Below, piece by piece: positions 32,001-33,063 of a DNA stretch of 33,063 nucleotides (the first letter of the stretch is position 1; the number at the start of each line of letters is the position of its first letter). The notes beneath the pieces were generated by a model. It saw only the letters and a program-made list of their open reading frames with translations. It was not told the DNA's origin and searched no databases. The translations under genes were made by a program, and so were the position numbers. The DNA comes from Trichomonas gallinae (taxonomy: Eukaryota): assembly GCA_008369845.1 (NCBI GenBank), contig MRSU01011640.1, forward strand, positions 1 to 33,063. Reading direction: 5' to 3'.

Positions 32001-32151
32001 CAAACTCCAGGAAGTTAAAAAGATTGTAATAATTTCTGTCCCCGTTGCTGCTTCGCTAATAGTTATTTTGATTATTGTAATTTTGTTGATTTGTTTCTGT
32101 AGGAAGCGCAATAAGCAGCAGATAGATATGACAGAAAAATTACTTCAATAA
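29065..32151 (+). CDS. BspA-like (TpLRR/LRR_5) leucine-rich repeat surface protein, type I membrane
   Basis: ATG 29065 after Inr TCATTTT; hydrophobic N-terminus; many IP.S...IG..AF..C..L repeats; TM segment IVIISVPVAASLIVILIIVILLICFC, then an RKR stop-transfer and a short tail. Confidence 0.93.
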   Translation: MILATLLLLKLLDERIIEVDNMTFSVGPSSNGATFIYSTEKNVIIPKEITYEDNRYTVNAIKMNQTTEIESIFIHYLIDSIKNLYYNKMLNNITLENGISKIGQGWFQNMESPFNISIPNSVASIENHAFANSSVSYVDFGTGLTYIYEYAFDSSKLVQILPRTNSNIKLISDFAFNNCIQLQDIKSILSNVQTINSYAFNGTILLNQKITLPDTFLNISEGTFAYSGINDIYLGENLTYIGKYAFYSCNSLKNTIKYPQTLSEIDDYAFSNTPISSIMPKTENNITKFGIGVFMNCSMLTDVLGMLTVAPAITDYMFANTNNIEQNIELPPSIRSIGQHSFENCQSIKTLGYTSYLHHIGDYAFAGSSIEEVTNIYYNDLATIGKCAFMNSKLKTFGEILNNMKVINEFTFANCSLLATSMNVGANTVEIQESAFMNSAITSANCRNAVTKIGKCAFQNCLRLSSISGSGSIVEITEDCCLNCINLKSFEFSDKTKKIFDRAFKNTSLSSIVIPSLEYLSTNAFREMRDCKLVDIGVPSYEFKYLGDFTNVTKLVLRVDDVKFSLNAFLRSNIQSLEITASNNVEIGNGAFRDSKLETLKINFDAKVTIGPYAFSHSLLKDVSCQITKAEDGAFGYTYLKTIPLITDAMGKFCFINTTIETAIIECESIGECAFKGCTKLKNIKFGKKVKSLSEDLFMNAEKIAKVEFEEGCQITEIPNFMFYNCTKLTEISDLPENLENIGIRSFAYTNIPCPDFSKLKRLKKISDSAFDKAISKGSLKLPSSLEKLCNGAFSDTKISGEIIFPESLKYIGSNCFATCYGITKIDFSKCSNLETIDSYAFFKCTKIENELILPKNIKMIGDFAFYNCPNMSGILLPVSLTEIGGSAFEYCLEFSGILTIPESVKTIGKRAFYGIAKITQIHFESKDVNVGDEAFAGMHFICMANLPANCSKLGLNESRCYESDNFGIWGTKLSENCNKLQEVKKIVIISVPVAASLIVILIIVILLICFCRKRNKQQIDMTEKLLQ

Positions 32152-32228
32152 AATTTCAATTCAAATAATTTACATGTCAGAAATATTCTAAAATCTGCCA
32201 TGTTTTTTTTTACATATCAAAAATAATA

Positions 32229-32702
32229 ATGACTGAAAGTAGCCAGCATGCGAGAATCAGTCAGTACATTAACGACATAATTGCTGCGTGCAGACAAGAT
32301 CCCGCGAGAATAGAAGTCGCAATTGCAAATTTTAAGTCTTTATTGACAGCAATGAAGTTGTATGATCAAGCACCTCGATATTTTAACGCAATATTTTCAG
32401 ACAATGAGACAATTCCAGGTCTAACAAACCAGCAGCAGATGCCTCCACAGGCAGATACTGGAAATGATTTGCAAAACCGACCAACAGTTGCAGCTGATTT
32501 AGAAAAAATATACGGAAAGAAACTAAAAATCACAGAATTACAGCAGCTTGGAAACATTTTATCTCAAAATCTTAATATTAAACTAGATCGAGATACAAAA
32601 CGAAGCAAAGTTGCACTATTAAGCTGGTTTGCCAAAAACTGGAATGTGATTTATCCAAAAATATACGAACTTGGCTTGCAAAGGATGATTTTTCGAAAAT
32701 AA
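32229..32702 (+). CDS. Hypothetical protein with a trichomonad-type C-terminal helical domain (L..L..IL.....I.LDR..KR.K..L..WF..NW)
   Basis: 157-aa ORF. The C-terminal pattern resembles a lineage-expanded, possibly DNA-binding family; function unverified. Confidence 0.7.
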   Translation: MTESSQHARISQYINDIIAACRQDPARIEVAIANFKSLLTAMKLYDQAPRYFNAIFSDNETIPGLTNQQQMPPQADTGNDLQNRPTVAADLEKIYGKKLKITELQQLGNILSQNLNIKLDRDTKRSKVALLSWFAKNWNVIYPKIYELGLQRMIFRK

Positions 32703-32986
32703 TTTATTTTATACAGATTTAGTGCTGAAAGGCTTTTCAGCCTTTATGTATTTGTATATTGCATAATAATTTCAGTAATAATACTTGTTAATATTCCAAT
32801 AATTAGTTGCGTTTTCATGAAAGAATTTTAATATCAGCTTATTATGGTCATTATAGAATTTTGCATGTTAAAAAACGCTATTAGCCTCAAAAATATTGCT
32901 ATGATTTTCATTATCTTTGTGATAATAAAAAATTTTATTAAAAATTTTGTTATTGTTGGGAAATAAAGGATAAACTATATAGATGT

Positions 32987-33063
32987 TTAGAAGCACTTGC
33001 GGTGGACGATGGATGGGCCAGCCTCGTCGTATTCCTCCTTTGTGATGACCATCTGTGGGAATG
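32987..33063 (-). CDS. ACT: Actin, 3' end (partial; runs off the window)
   Basis: The reverse complement translates to FPQMVITKEEYDEAGPSIVHRKCF*; stop overlaps TAAA. Not in the ORF track. Confidence 0.97.
   Translation of the reverse strand, partial: FPQMVITKEEYDEAGPSIVHRKCF

Noticed and set aside
1..33063. CRISPR arrays, intact tRNA/rRNA genes, transposase or Maverick core genes
   Set aside because: No repeat-spacer periodicity, complete cloverleaf or integrase/polymerase/ATPase motifs seen.

Overview
AT-rich, gene-dense, almost intron-free eukaryotic DNA. It is very probably from Trichomonas vaginalis or a close parabasalid (inferred from Inr-like TCA(Y)TTT 5-20 nt before ATGs, M2/M5-like promoter motifs, an IBD-family gene, a BspA-like gene and the trichomonad-type ubiquitin and actin sequences). 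About 18 protein-coding genes are present: IBD protein, CK2 beta, a DUF5690-like MFS transporter, a Yak1/DYRK-like kinase, two WD40 proteins, a DUF1304 membrane protein, a CaaX EF-hand protein, a C2 protein, monoubiquitin, RPL13A/uL13, a BspA-like LRR surface protein, the 3' end of actin and several hypotheticals. There are also decayed ankyrin and Siva-like zinc-finger pseudogenes. The main finding lies in an apparently intergenic stretch: a textbook trichomonad spliceosomal intron (GTATGT at 15683 ... ACTAACACACAG ending 15814). It contains a box C/D snoRNA-like sequence with a U18/snR18-like guide, clamped by a perfect 14-bp external stem, and its host transcript has at most a 22-codon ORF. 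A second near-consensus branch/3' splice motif closes a hairpin-rich region on the minus strand (8762-8972). Several other unexplained hairpins and a recurrent TTTACATGTCA motif also occur. All family assignments are by-eye motif recognition; no searches were run.
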